DNA of 35,907 nt from Planctomycetota bacterium (GCA_045047305.1 JASFYO010000031.1:1-35907); one strand, 5' to 3'; numbered from the stretch's first letter, positions 15,823 to 25,231 are shown. A program made the numbers and translations. Notes: generated from the sequence alone by a model not told the origin.

Positions 15823-17497
15823 GTTGCAAAGGCCGAAGGTAGCCTCCGAGCGGCGCGTCTTCGCTCGGTTCATAAGCGTAGAGCGGGCGCCCTTCTAACC
15901 CTAGCCAGCGCACTAAGCGCTCCGGTGTCATGCGACGGTTACTGCGCAAAATGACCGGAGCTCGAGAAGCGAGGTCGGAAAAAAGCGAGGGAGTCCAGTA
16001 TTTGAAAGCCTTCTCTTTGGAGCCTTGATATTGATTAGGCAGAAAAATGATGGCACCGGCATCCGGCGGAGCTTCAGCACGCACCACACGTTGAGGCGCG
16101 CTGCGTTCGAAACTTTCCTCTTGGATGAGTCCCCAACGCGCGGCAAAAACTGTACCGCCGCAGCTCACCATGCCCAGCAGCATGCCCCGACGCCAGTTCA
16201 CCGGCGCTTGCTCCAACAGTAAAACCAAACCGAGGCAAAGAAAGGCCAAGCTTTCGGCAGCGTAAAGCGGTCCCAGGTAGGCGCGATGTCCGGCATACCA
16301 ATGCAAAGCGTAAACAGCCGGCAACAGCGCTGAAAAGAGCAATGCCGCCCCGCCATCGCGTTTGCGCAAACGCCATACACCCCAAAATGCTAATCCAGCA
16401 GCCCCGAGCATACCACCAAAGGCAACCGACCAGCGCCCTCCTTGGCGCAGGAGACCAGAAAAGAAATCGCCGTTGCCGTAAACATCTTGCGGGATGCGAT
16501 CGGGCCCAGGGAAGAAGGGGCCATAGCGCTCTGCATAAAGTTCATAGACCGGTGTGAAATAATCACCCGTATATTGCTGGTTCCACCACATCGCGAGGGC
16601 GAGAAAAGGCAGCCCACCAAGCAAGGCCAACGGCACCGTTTTCAAGCGCTGTTGGTGCAAGAGCAAAACCGATCCGGAAATGACCGCGCACAACAAACCT
16701 GTTAGTGGTCGGGTTAAGAAAACCCATCCTGCAGCAGCGCCGACCGCAAGAGCCCATTTTGCAGAACCATCGCGCGTGTGGAGTAAAGCAAGGTAACCAA
16801 AAAGCACCGCCGGTAAAGTGAAGACCTCGGATTGCATCGAAGTGTGCAGCAGGAGGAAAAACGGTGAGGTTCCGAGCAGCATCACCGCCATGCCAGGTAC
16901 GCGTAATCTGAGGCGGCCGGCGATGAGGCGCATCAACCACAGATCTAGGAGGGCCGCGAGCAAGGTGGAGAACAGTGGATTGCCGAGCAAAACTCCAGGC
17001 ACCAAGGCCATCGAAGTGCCAGGCGCATACTTGGAGTAGAGGCGTTGATTCTCGCTGTCTTCAAAAAGTTGACGTCGGCGAAAACTGCCAAGCAAATACT
17101 GTTCCTCGATATCAGTCGGCACCGCAGCCTCGGCAAGAGGAGCCGACATCGCGCCGTCGGCCATCAACTCGGCCTGAAAAACATAGGCGCGCTCATCGTT
17201 GCTGATGGGGCCATCCAGCGAAACCATCGCGACGACTGGAGGCACCAACACCACCAGATAAGCGAACTTCCAGGGAAAATTTGTAAGTGGCTTCGGTTTG
17301 GCGCGCTGGGCGAAAAATAATCCCAGCATCAAAACAGCGGCAGCGATGGGGAGATCCCAGGTTTGCAGGGCCTTTTCATCTAATATCCAGGCCAAAAATG
17401 CTGGTACAGCGCCAATCGTGAGCGCCATCAGAAGCTGCCGGCTTCCGATTAAATCGAATTCCAGCCCATCTCCGTTTAGGTCTTGGTTTTCCTGCAT
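15785..17497 (-). CDS. Putative GT-C fold (ArnT/PMT-like) integral membrane glycosyltransferase
   Basis: Many TM helices. Acidic NDE.AY.FQA loop after the early TMs, plus SKYAPG and LTRPL motifs typical of polyprenyl-sugar-dependent transferases. Confidence 0.65.
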   Translation of the reverse strand: MQENQDLNGDGLEFDLIGSRQLLMALTIGAVPAFLAWILDEKALQTWDLPIAAAVLMLGLFFAQRAKPKPLTNFPWKFAYLVVLVPPVVAMVSLDGPISNDERAYVFQAELMADGAMSAPLAEAAVPTDIEEQYLLGSFRRRQLFEDSENQRLYSKYAPGTSMALVPGVLLGNPLFSTLLAALLDLWLMRLIAGRLRLRVPGMAVMLLGTSPFFLLLHTSMQSEVFTLPAVLFGYLALLHTRDGSAKWALAVGAAAGWVFLTRPLTGLLCAVISGSVLLLHQQRLKTVPLALLGGLPFLALAMWWNQQYTGDYFTPVYELYAERYGPFFPGPDRIPQDVYGNGDFFSGLLRQGGRWSVAFGGMLGAAGLAFWGVWRLRKRDGGAALLFSALLPAVYALHWYAGHRAYLGPLYAAESLAFLCLGLVLLLEQAPVNWRRGMLLGMVSCGGTVFAARWGLIQEESFERSAPQRVVRAEAPPDAGAIIFLPNQYQGSKEKAFKYWTPSLFSDLASRAPVILRSNRRMTPERLVRWLGLEGRPLYAYEPSEDAPLGGYLRPLQLSAEPPPPPHQN

Positions 17498-17505
17498 TCC
17501 ACTCC

Positions 17506-17515
17506 AGGGTATCCT
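17506..17515. promoter_or_regulatory. Overlapping divergent -10 boxes (TATCCT on +, TACCCT on -)
   Basis: Near-palindromic AGGGTATCCT inside a 24-bp gap between divergent start codons at 17497 and 17522. Confidence 0.5.
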
Positions 17516-17521
17516 CCCCGC

Positions 17522-18505
17522 ATGGCAATGTCGTGGATTGGCCGTTTGCAGGGAGCCTTCGTGGTTTGGAGCCTGCTTTTTCTCGCAGCATCAATCTTTG
17601 GTGCGGCGCAGGTTGGATTTCAGCCGGAACGCAGCCGTTACCGAGCTTCGGAGTTTCAGGCTGGGAGCTCCGCGCGACCACGCTATGTGCTTTCCTTATT
17701 CCAAAATCCAGCTGGGCACAAGGCCGTCCTCTTCGACGCGCCGCAAGGCTCCGATGCCGCAGGAGTGGATTACGAGGTGCTCGGTAGGCTGGTTAAGCAA
17801 CTCCGCGCCAAAGGAATGGAAGTGGTGCGCGCCGCTGGAACCGACCCGATTGCCGCTGCTAAAGATGCCGATGTCATCGTGCTTACCTGCAACCTACCGC
17901 AATATGTAAACGTGGATTTCCATGCTCTCGCCAATGCGATGCGCGGCCGCTACCTTCTCGATTACTCGGGCTACTGGGACAACTCCGAAGCCGATGCTGC
18001 TGGATTGCCGGTGCAGAATTTTGCGCGCCAATATTGGCCGCACTGGCTAGATCCAGATTTAGATTTATACGTTCAGCATCTACGTGAAGTAGTGCCTGAG
18101 GGCGATGGGATCCTGCTGTTACCTGGGCGCCAAATTAATAATACCCAAGCTCGTGCCCGTTGGTATTTGGCCTTAAATGCTAAGTTAGGTGGACGTCGGC
18201 TGTATTTATGGAACCCGCAGAAGGGAACCTCTTTTGTCACCGAATACTTTGAGTGGGTGCAGGAGTACAAAGAAAAGAAGCCTTGGGCGCAAACCCAAAC
18301 GATTCGCCTGCCCAAACGCGAGTTTTCCGCCATTACTGATTTCGCTCCAACTCGAACCTTAACCGAGGAAGAAATCGCGGCCGCAAAACGCTGTGATGTA
18401 CAGTGGATTTTGTTCTGGTCCCATCAACCGGACTTTCGTGTGGCTGACTGGGAGTTGGTTCCCCTAGAAACAGCACTGGCTTGGACTGCAGAGGCAAACT
18501 CATGA
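17522..18505 (+). CDS. Membrane-anchored hypothetical protein containing a degenerate UDP-glucose dehydrogenase C-terminal (UDP-binding-like) domain
   Basis: N-terminal TM helix. AAKDADVIVLTCNLPQYVNVDFHALANAMRGRYLLD aligns with VVDGADALILCTEWNEYRRPDFERMAQSMKRRLILD of the downstream Ugd. Confidence 0.7.
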   Translation: MAMSWIGRLQGAFVVWSLLFLAASIFGAAQVGFQPERSRYRASEFQAGSSARPRYVLSLFQNPAGHKAVLFDAPQGSDAAGVDYEVLGRLVKQLRAKGMEVVRAAGTDPIAAAKDADVIVLTCNLPQYVNVDFHALANAMRGRYLLDYSGYWDNSEADAAGLPVQNFARQYWPHWLDPDLDLYVQHLREVVPEGDGILLLPGRQINNTQARARWYLALNAKLGGRRLYLWNPQKGTSFVTEYFEWVQEYKEKKPWAQTQTIRLPKREFSAITDFAPTRTLTEEEIAAAKRCDVQWILFWSHQPDFRVADWELVPLETALAWTAEANS

Positions 18506-19986
18506 GTTTACTCAGCGGAATCTTGCTCATTATGCTGGCCGTCGGAATCGGGCGCGCACTGCTCCCCTCGCGCGAACGACTGAAACGCTCACTGTGGGAA
18601 GAACTTGGGGTTGCCTATCTACTTGGCACCGCGGCGATTGCCGTTCTCATCACTGCAGGGTTCGCGGTTGGGCTAAAAATGGATCTGCTTTGGTGGCTTC
18701 CGCTACTCGGTGGAATCGGCGCATGGCTAATGAATTGGAAACATTGTCAGACCCAAGGGGCACTGGAAGAGGTGGCTTGGAGTAAGAGTGTCGGTATTTT
18801 GCTGTTGGTAGTTGCGGCAGCCTCCTTCCTTGCCGCCATTGCGCTCCCGCTGAATGAGTTTGACCCGATTTACCACTTTGCTTACCGCGGCAAGGTTCTG
18901 CATTTTGAAGGGTCACCGCTCAGCGAGGCCATCACCGGCATGATTAATCCCGACGGCTACGGCCGCATCGTGACCCACCCCAACTATCCCTTTGGCATTC
19001 CGATTCTAGAAGCTTGGGTGGCCCATCTTGGTGGTTGGCATGAACGTTGGGTTCAGTTACCACTCGCTTTATGGAGTGCGTGTTTGCCGATGGCAGTCGC
19101 GTTAGGACTGCGCAATGTTTCCCATCAAGCAGCCAGCATGGGCGCCATCATCACCGCAGCGACCCCGATGCTTTACTCCGCCAACTTCCCGGTCGATGGC
19201 TTCGGCAACCTTGGCATGGCCGGACTTGGTGGCGAAACCATGATTGGTGGTGGTGCCGACTTAGCCGTTATGGCCATGTTTGGATGCGCATGTGCGTTAT
19301 TGCTGCGTGCCTATCAAAGCCAAGATCTACGCACAACACTATGCGCTTCACTTGCATTAGCTGGTGGCGTGGTGATGAAAAACGAGGGACTCGCCTTGGC
19401 CGGTGTGCTCATCCTTGCCGTTTTACTTGCACACACCTTCCCGCCACGGCGCACCAAAGTCATGCTGCCTTTTGTTGCCGTGGCCATCGTTCTCATCCTT
19501 CCTTGGCTTGGCTTAAGAGGGCAGCTTCCGGCGATTGATGAAAATTACAGCGAGCAAATGACGCTTAAAAATGTGATGCATTTTCTTGGCGGTGGGCGCG
19601 AGTTGGTTGAGAAATCGCCTACCGCATTCAACAGCCGCGAACCGGTGGATTTAGAAAATGCACCCGCGCGTATCGGATTGGTAAGCCAAGCTTTTGGTAG
19701 CGAGTTCGTCAATTGGCGCAGCTGGGGTATTTTGTGGTTGCTGGCCCTACTTGGACTGCCCTTTACTTTGTCACGTTTGAAACAGGTGGAACTACGCTGG
19801 CTGGGTATGGTGGTGCTCGGAGGAGTTCTGCTTTACTTCCTGATTTTGCTGGTCACGCCATGGAATTTCCCATCGCTGCGGGACAAGGGAATCCCCGAAA
19901 GACTGCTAGTCCACCTAGTTGGGCCGATTGCACTTTTGTTTGCCGCAGCCAACTTTCCACGGCAACTCTCAGAAGCTAAAAAGTAA
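18502..19986 (+). CDS. Putative GT-C-like polytopic membrane glycosyltransferase
   Basis: ATGA overlap with the previous gene. Many TM helices with EFD...H, HPNYP and KNEG motifs seen in uncharacterised GT-C proteins. Confidence 0.6.
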   Translation: MSLLSGILLIMLAVGIGRALLPSRERLKRSLWEELGVAYLLGTAAIAVLITAGFAVGLKMDLLWWLPLLGGIGAWLMNWKHCQTQGALEEVAWSKSVGILLLVVAAASFLAAIALPLNEFDPIYHFAYRGKVLHFEGSPLSEAITGMINPDGYGRIVTHPNYPFGIPILEAWVAHLGGWHERWVQLPLALWSACLPMAVALGLRNVSHQAASMGAIITAATPMLYSANFPVDGFGNLGMAGLGGETMIGGGADLAVMAMFGCACALLLRAYQSQDLRTTLCASLALAGGVVMKNEGLALAGVLILAVLLAHTFPPRRTKVMLPFVAVAIVLILPWLGLRGQLPAIDENYSEQMTLKNVMHFLGGGRELVEKSPTAFNSREPVDLENAPARIGLVSQAFGSEFVNWRSWGILWLLALLGLPFTLSRLKQVELRWLGMVVLGGVLLYFLILLVTPWNFPSLRDKGIPERLLVHLVGPIALLFAAANFPRQLSEAKK

Positions 19987-20025
19987 ACTCAAAACTGAAG
20001 CCGAAATCGCCGTAAAATAGACTTC

Positions 20026-21525
20026 ATGGCTTGGAAAACCCAATGGAATCTGGCTCGCTTCCCCGTCTGCGTCGTCCTTGTGGCGACAGTGCTTGGAGCT
20101 TGTGGTGACAAGCCGGCAGAGGAAAACGAGGTAGCAAATACCCAGAAATCAGTAATTCTGATTTCTATTGACTCGCTAAGGGCTGACTACACAACCCCTT
20201 ACGGGCACATCCCTATCTTCGCACCAGATGAGGAAACAACCCCTTTCCTAGCCAAGTTGGCGCGCGAAGGAGTGCTTTTTGAACACACCTCGGCTGCCTC
20301 ACCGTGGACCCTACCAAGCCATGTGTCGATGCTGTCGGGCATGGCTCCGATGGAGCACAGCGTCCGCTCGCGCAAATACGCCATCCCCGAGGGCATCGAC
20401 CTAATTTCCAACGTTTTCCAAAATGCCGGCTACAAAACCGGCGGTTTTTTCACTGCCCCTTTCCTCCACCCTTCGTGGGGATTTGGTCGTGGATTTGATG
20501 TCTACCTGCCATCCGCAAAATATTTGGGCAGCATCGAGGCAGGAACAGCTTTGGCCGCATACGGAAAGAGTGAAACGGTTGAGAAAATCCACGCGACTTC
20601 ACACTCCGACAATCGCACGGGCGAACAGGCCGTCGCCCAGGCGCTAAAGTGGCTGAAACACAAGGATACTTATGAGGAACCGTTCTTCCTCTTCGTGCAC
20701 TTATGGGACCCGCACTACGACTACTTTCCACCCGCGGAATATCGTAAGCAATTTCTGCCCAATGACGATGGCACGGTAAAGGGGGATGAACTTATGCTCC
20801 ATGACCGCGTTCCCTCCGATGCCGAGATGGAAGTCCTGAAGGCTTTATACGAAGCCGAAATCCGCTACACCGACGACCAAATCAAGCGCCTGTATGAACA
20901 ACTCGAAGCTTGGGGCATTGCCGACCAAATCATTTTCGCTGTAGTCTCAGATCATGGCGACGAATTCATGGAGCATGGCAATCGTGGTCATCACCTAACC
21001 TTGAAGGAAGAGGTCATGCATGTGCCGATGATTGTGCACGCGCCCGGCCTGATCGACGGCGGACAACGTGTTCAAGCCAGCGTTTCGATTACTGACCTTT
21101 CCCCGACTCTCATCGACCTCGCTAACCTCCCAGCATGGACCGACCGAACGGGTCAAAGCTTGCGCCCTTTATGGGAAGGCGAAGACTTAGATCGCGAAGT
21201 CTCGATGGACCTTTTGCGTCCGACCCGACGCATTCAACTTTTGGGCTATCGCCTAGGTATGCGTAAAGGCATCTGGAACGTCCCGCAAAAGAAGGTGCGC
21301 ATCTTTGATCTTGAAAAGGACCCTGGAGAGCTCATTGCGCCGGAGCCCTTTCACGTCACGGTTCAGGAACCCTTCGTGCGGGCCACGGTAGAATTTGCCA
21401 AGCGAATGGCGGCAAGGCAGCATGAGGTTCTCAAGGTGAATCAAACACCGGCGATGAATCAATCGCTATTTGAGCTCGGATACACCGATGACGTCTCAGA
21501 AGACGAGAAAAAGAAGGATCAGTAA
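20026..21525 (+). CDS. Sulfatase-like (alkaline phosphatase superfamily) lipoprotein
   Basis: Lipobox VLGAC; LISIDSLRAD, SPWTLPSH.SMLSG, HLWDPH, SDHGDEF and H.PMI motifs. Confidence 0.85.
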   Translation: MAWKTQWNLARFPVCVVLVATVLGACGDKPAEENEVANTQKSVILISIDSLRADYTTPYGHIPIFAPDEETTPFLAKLAREGVLFEHTSAASPWTLPSHVSMLSGMAPMEHSVRSRKYAIPEGIDLISNVFQNAGYKTGGFFTAPFLHPSWGFGRGFDVYLPSAKYLGSIEAGTALAAYGKSETVEKIHATSHSDNRTGEQAVAQALKWLKHKDTYEEPFFLFVHLWDPHYDYFPPAEYRKQFLPNDDGTVKGDELMLHDRVPSDAEMEVLKALYEAEIRYTDDQIKRLYEQLEAWGIADQIIFAVVSDHGDEFMEHGNRGHHLTLKEEVMHVPMIVHAPGLIDGGQRVQASVSITDLSPTLIDLANLPAWTDRTGQSLRPLWEGEDLDREVSMDLLRPTRRIQLLGYRLGMRKGIWNVPQKKVRIFDLEKDPGELIAPEPFHVTVQEPFVRATVEFAKRMAARQHEVLKVNQTPAMNQSLFELGYTDDVSEDEKKKDQ

Positions 21526-21539
21526 CCCCCCGAACTAGC

Positions 21540-22865
21540 ATGAAAATCACCATCGTTGGAACCGGATACGTCGGCCTTGTAGCTGGCACTTGCTTTGCCG
21601 AAATGGGCAATACGGTCACATGCATCGACATCGATGCCGAAAAGATTGCACGCCTGCAAGCAGGCCTCATTCCGATTTACGAGCCAGGCTTGTCTGAGCT
21701 GGTTTTGTCGAATGTGCGTCACAATCGTCTTCACTTCAGCACCGATTTAAAAAAGGGTGTGGAAGATGCACGCGTCGTGTTCATTGCGGTAGGCACGCCT
21801 TCAGAGGCCGATGGGTCTGCTGATTTGAGCGCGGTGTTCAAGGTTGCTGCCGACATCGGCAAACATGCAAATGGACCTAAACTCATTGTCGATAAATCGA
21901 CCGTTCCAGTGGGCACCGCCGCGCGGGTGAAAGAGCTTGCGCAGGCAGAAACCGAACACCTAATGTCGGTTTGCTCTAACCCAGAGTTCCTCAAGGAAGG
22001 TGCGGCGATTGATGACTTCTTGAAGCCAGACCGCGTGGTAGTGGGTGCTGAAAATGAGGACGACTTCGAACTCATGAACGATCTGTATAAGCCATTTGTG
22101 CGTAACGGTGCCCCCATCTATAACATGGACCCACTGTCCGCCGAGATGACCAAGTATGCAAGCAACGCCATGCTTGCCACGCGTATCTCCTTCATGAACG
22201 AGATCGCAAATATCTGCGATGCAGTGGGCGCCGACGTCAGCATGGTGCGGCAAGGCATTGGATCTGATTCACGTATTGGCAAACCTTTCCTCTATTCGGG
22301 GATTGGATATGGCGGCTCATGTTTCCCGAAAGATGTGAAAGCCATCATGCACACGGCACGGGAATATGGCACCAAGTTTAAAATCTTGGAAGCCGTGGAA
22401 GAGGTCAACAAGGACATGAAAAGCCTCATGTTACGCCACATCGTGAACGTGTTTGGCGAAGACCTCAGCGGCCTCACCATTGGGCTTTGGGGATTGGCAT
22501 TCAAACCCCGGACCGACGACATGCGCGAAGCTCCGGCGATTACTTTGGCCAAAGGATTACTCGCACGCGGAGCCAAGGTACGCGCGACCGACCCAGAAGC
22601 GATTGCGAATGCACGTGAGTTAATCGGCGAGGAAGTCACCTATATGGAAGACCCCTACGAAGTGGTCGATGGCGCCGATGCGCTCATCCTCTGCACCGAG
22701 TGGAACGAATACCGTCGCCCAGATTTTGAGCGTATGGCTCAAAGCATGAAACGTCGACTGATTTTGGACGGCCGCAACATTTACCCTGCGAGCTTGATGC
22801 TGCAGCATGGCTTTGAGCGTTACGGCGTAGGCATTCCACCAGTGCGCGCCGGTATCAAGGCCTAA
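21540..22865 (+). CDS. ugd: UDP-glucose 6-dehydrogenase
   Basis: GTGYVGL, AVGTP, KSTVPVGT, NPEFLKEG, GYGGSCFPKD, GLAFKP.TDDMREAP and DGRN motifs. Confidence 0.96.
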   Translation: MKITIVGTGYVGLVAGTCFAEMGNTVTCIDIDAEKIARLQAGLIPIYEPGLSELVLSNVRHNRLHFSTDLKKGVEDARVVFIAVGTPSEADGSADLSAVFKVAADIGKHANGPKLIVDKSTVPVGTAARVKELAQAETEHLMSVCSNPEFLKEGAAIDDFLKPDRVVVGAENEDDFELMNDLYKPFVRNGAPIYNMDPLSAEMTKYASNAMLATRISFMNEIANICDAVGADVSMVRQGIGSDSRIGKPFLYSGIGYGGSCFPKDVKAIMHTAREYGTKFKILEAVEEVNKDMKSLMLRHIVNVFGEDLSGLTIGLWGLAFKPRTDDMREAPAITLAKGLLARGAKVRATDPEAIANARELIGEEVTYMEDPYEVVDGADALILCTEWNEYRRPDFERMAQSMKRRLILDGRNIYPASLMLQHGFERYGVGIPPVRAGIKA

Positions 22866-22877
22866 GCGACAACCAGA

Positions 22878-24251
22878 TCAAGCTCCACCGCGATGCTGCG
22901 CCTGAACCTTCGCGCTCACTTCAAGTGCGCGCTTCAGCACTGCATTCACACCGACACCGTGCAAGGAGTCTCCAGCAAAATGGAGGCCGGGCCGTTGCTG
23001 CTCCCATCGATTAAAAACGGCTATGCGATCGAGGTGACCCAAGGTGTATTGCGGAATGCCGCCATGAATGCGCCGCATCCACACTCTTTCCGCATCACCT
23101 TTCACCCCAAGTAAATCACGCAGAGGCGTGAGCGCGGCTTCTTGGAGCTCTTGGTCAGAGAGTTGTGCCGCTTCTGCATCGAAACTACCACCAAGCAGCA
23201 CGCGGAGCTGAACTTTCCCGCTTGGTGTTTGACTGGGAAAAATTGTACTCGGGTATTGCACTCCCAGAGGACGAAATCCATGCCCGCGCAAAGCTAAAAA
23301 TCCAAAACCGTCGAGTGGATGGTCCACCTGGTCCCGTGCATAAGCAGCAGCGACAACTTGCAAAGATGCGCCTTGAATCGCGGAAGCTGCGCGGCGGAGA
23401 GTTCCATCGCCTTCTTCTAAAAGCTGGGCGGTGATGGCTGCTGGAGTTGTGAACACGACCTGATTGGCTTGCCCCACCTCTTCGCCCTGTCGTAGAAGAA
23501 CCCAAACGCCATCGAGATTTTGCACCTGATCGACTTCCGTATTGCCGTGATAAGCATCGCCAAGGGAATGCGCAGCGACATCCACCAACTGACCAAGCCC
23601 GCCAGCAAGGCTGCACAGCTTCCCGCTTGCCTTGGCAGCTTCACCTGACTTCTGCAGCGCCTTCTTCGCGCGCATGTGACGCATGGCTCCGCGCACACAC
23701 GATCCCGATTCCGACTCCCAACCGGCCATGAGTGGGAAGGCTGCATGGACTGAGAGTTGACGTGCGTCTCCACCGAAGATGCCTGAAACCATGGCGCCGA
23801 AAAAGGTGTCGGCTACACCTATACCAAAACGTCGGGTGGCGAAATCGTAGATGCTCTCCTCTCCCTGACGTCGAGGCGCAATAAATGGCTCACACAGGAG
23901 TCGCATTTTGGATCTCGTAGAAAGCAATGGCGAGGTCAAGAAGCTGAGAGGGCCGGAAGGAAGCATTTGCAGCTTGCCGTCTTGAAGTAACCAACGTTTG
24001 CCTTGCGCATCTTCTGCGGGCAGGGCGTCTAGCTTGAGGCTTTGCACCAAAGCACCTACGGCAGGTTCCTTATCCAACCAACCGAGAGGGCCGAGTTCGA
24101 CGACATAACCGTCCTCTTGGATGGTTTGGACCTTACCCCCAGGGGAGTCATTTTTTTCATAAACTGCAACCGAGAGCCCGGCTCGTTTTAGAAAATGTGC
24201 GCATCCAAGTCCACTCAACCCGCCGCCAAGAATCGCAACGTTAGCCTTCAT
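22878..24251 (-). CDS. hemY: HemY-type FAD-dependent protoporphyrinogen/coproporphyrinogen oxidase
   Basis: GGGLSGL FAD motif, GG...T...DGY..ELGP, GFGFL, IPQY.LGH and GVGVN; last gene of the hem operon. Confidence 0.88.
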   Translation of the reverse strand: MKANVAILGGGLSGLGCAHFLKRAGLSVAVYEKNDSPGGKVQTIQEDGYVVELGPLGWLDKEPAVGALVQSLKLDALPAEDAQGKRWLLQDGKLQMLPSGPLSFLTSPLLSTRSKMRLLCEPFIAPRRQGEESIYDFATRRFGIGVADTFFGAMVSGIFGGDARQLSVHAAFPLMAGWESESGSCVRGAMRHMRAKKALQKSGEAAKASGKLCSLAGGLGQLVDVAAHSLGDAYHGNTEVDQVQNLDGVWVLLRQGEEVGQANQVVFTTPAAITAQLLEEGDGTLRRAASAIQGASLQVVAAAYARDQVDHPLDGFGFLALRGHGFRPLGVQYPSTIFPSQTPSGKVQLRVLLGGSFDAEAAQLSDQELQEAALTPLRDLLGVKGDAERVWMRRIHGGIPQYTLGHLDRIAVFNRWEQQRPGLHFAGDSLHGVGVNAVLKRALEVSAKVQAQHRGGA

Positions 24252-25231
24252 CGTGACTTCATTTCCAACACTATGGACTTCAAAATGGCGATGAGGGAGG
24301 CATCGGTATTAAAAACTGGCACGCGGGTGTAATGCTCCACGCCTTTCAGCTTGGCTTCCTCGCGCAATTCTTGGTCGATTTCAAACAGGGTCTCAATGTG
24401 GTCATTCACAAATGAAATCGGCAACACCACGATGTTTTTTACTCCATCCACACCAAGCTTGCGTAAAGTTTCTACGGTAGACGGCTTAACCCATGAGGTT
24501 GGTGTAGCGCGAGACTGATAAGCCAACGTGGTGGCCAAGTCCTGTGGCAAACGCGCACGCAATCCCGCGACGCAATCCTCAATCTCTTCCACGTATGGGT
24601 CTCCGGCCTTCACATAGGAAACCGGCAAACCGTGTGCGGAGATCACCAAGTGCGGCGATTCCGCTGAAAGTTCGCGCGCCTTTGCCAAGGTGGCCAAAGT
24701 CATCGCAGTCACCGCGTCGAGATAATCCGGACGCGACCCCCAACGTTCTATCCTGGTACATGCCTGAGAATCCGCACCTTGATCTTGCATACACTGATCT
24801 AGGTCGGCGAATATCGCACCGGTGCTTGCACGGCTGTATTGCGGAAACATGGGAAGCGCGATCCAGCGCTCGCAGCCATCTGAAATCGACTGACGCAAAG
24901 CGTCGGCCACCGTTGGAGGCGTGTAAGCCATCGCGGCATAGCATCGAAAGTCTCCGCTATCGCTCAATGCAGATTGCAGCAATCCAGCTTGCTCGATGGT
25001 AATCGCGTTATTGGGAGAGCTTCCGCCAATTTTCTTGTACTGCTCCACCACCACGGGTGCCCGGCGTTTGGCCACCCAATGCGCCAACGGTTTACGCAAC
25101 CATGAAATCGGCGCCGGCAGCTGCACCAAGTATGGGTCCTGAAACAGATTGCAAATATAAGACTGCACCTCGTCCAGGTTTCGAGGGCCACCCATCTGCA
25201 GCAGCAGGACACCGGTGCGCGGCTGAGTCAT
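24248..25231 (-). CDS. hemH: Ferrochelatase
   Basis: LLQMGGP, Y..IGG.SP, PMFPQYS, SAHGLP, YQSR and FVNDHIETLFEID motifs. Confidence 0.93.
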   Translation of the reverse strand: MTQPRTGVLLLQMGGPRNLDEVQSYICNLFQDPYLVQLPAPISWLRKPLAHWVAKRRAPVVVEQYKKIGGSSPNNAITIEQAGLLQSALSDSGDFRCYAAMAYTPPTVADALRQSISDGCERWIALPMFPQYSRASTGAIFADLDQCMQDQGADSQACTRIERWGSRPDYLDAVTAMTLATLAKARELSAESPHLVISAHGLPVSYVKAGDPYVEEIEDCVAGLRARLPQDLATTLAYQSRATPTSWVKPSTVETLRKLGVDGVKNIVVLPISFVNDHIETLFEIDQELREEAKLKGVEHYTRVPVFNTDASLIAILKSIVLEMKSR

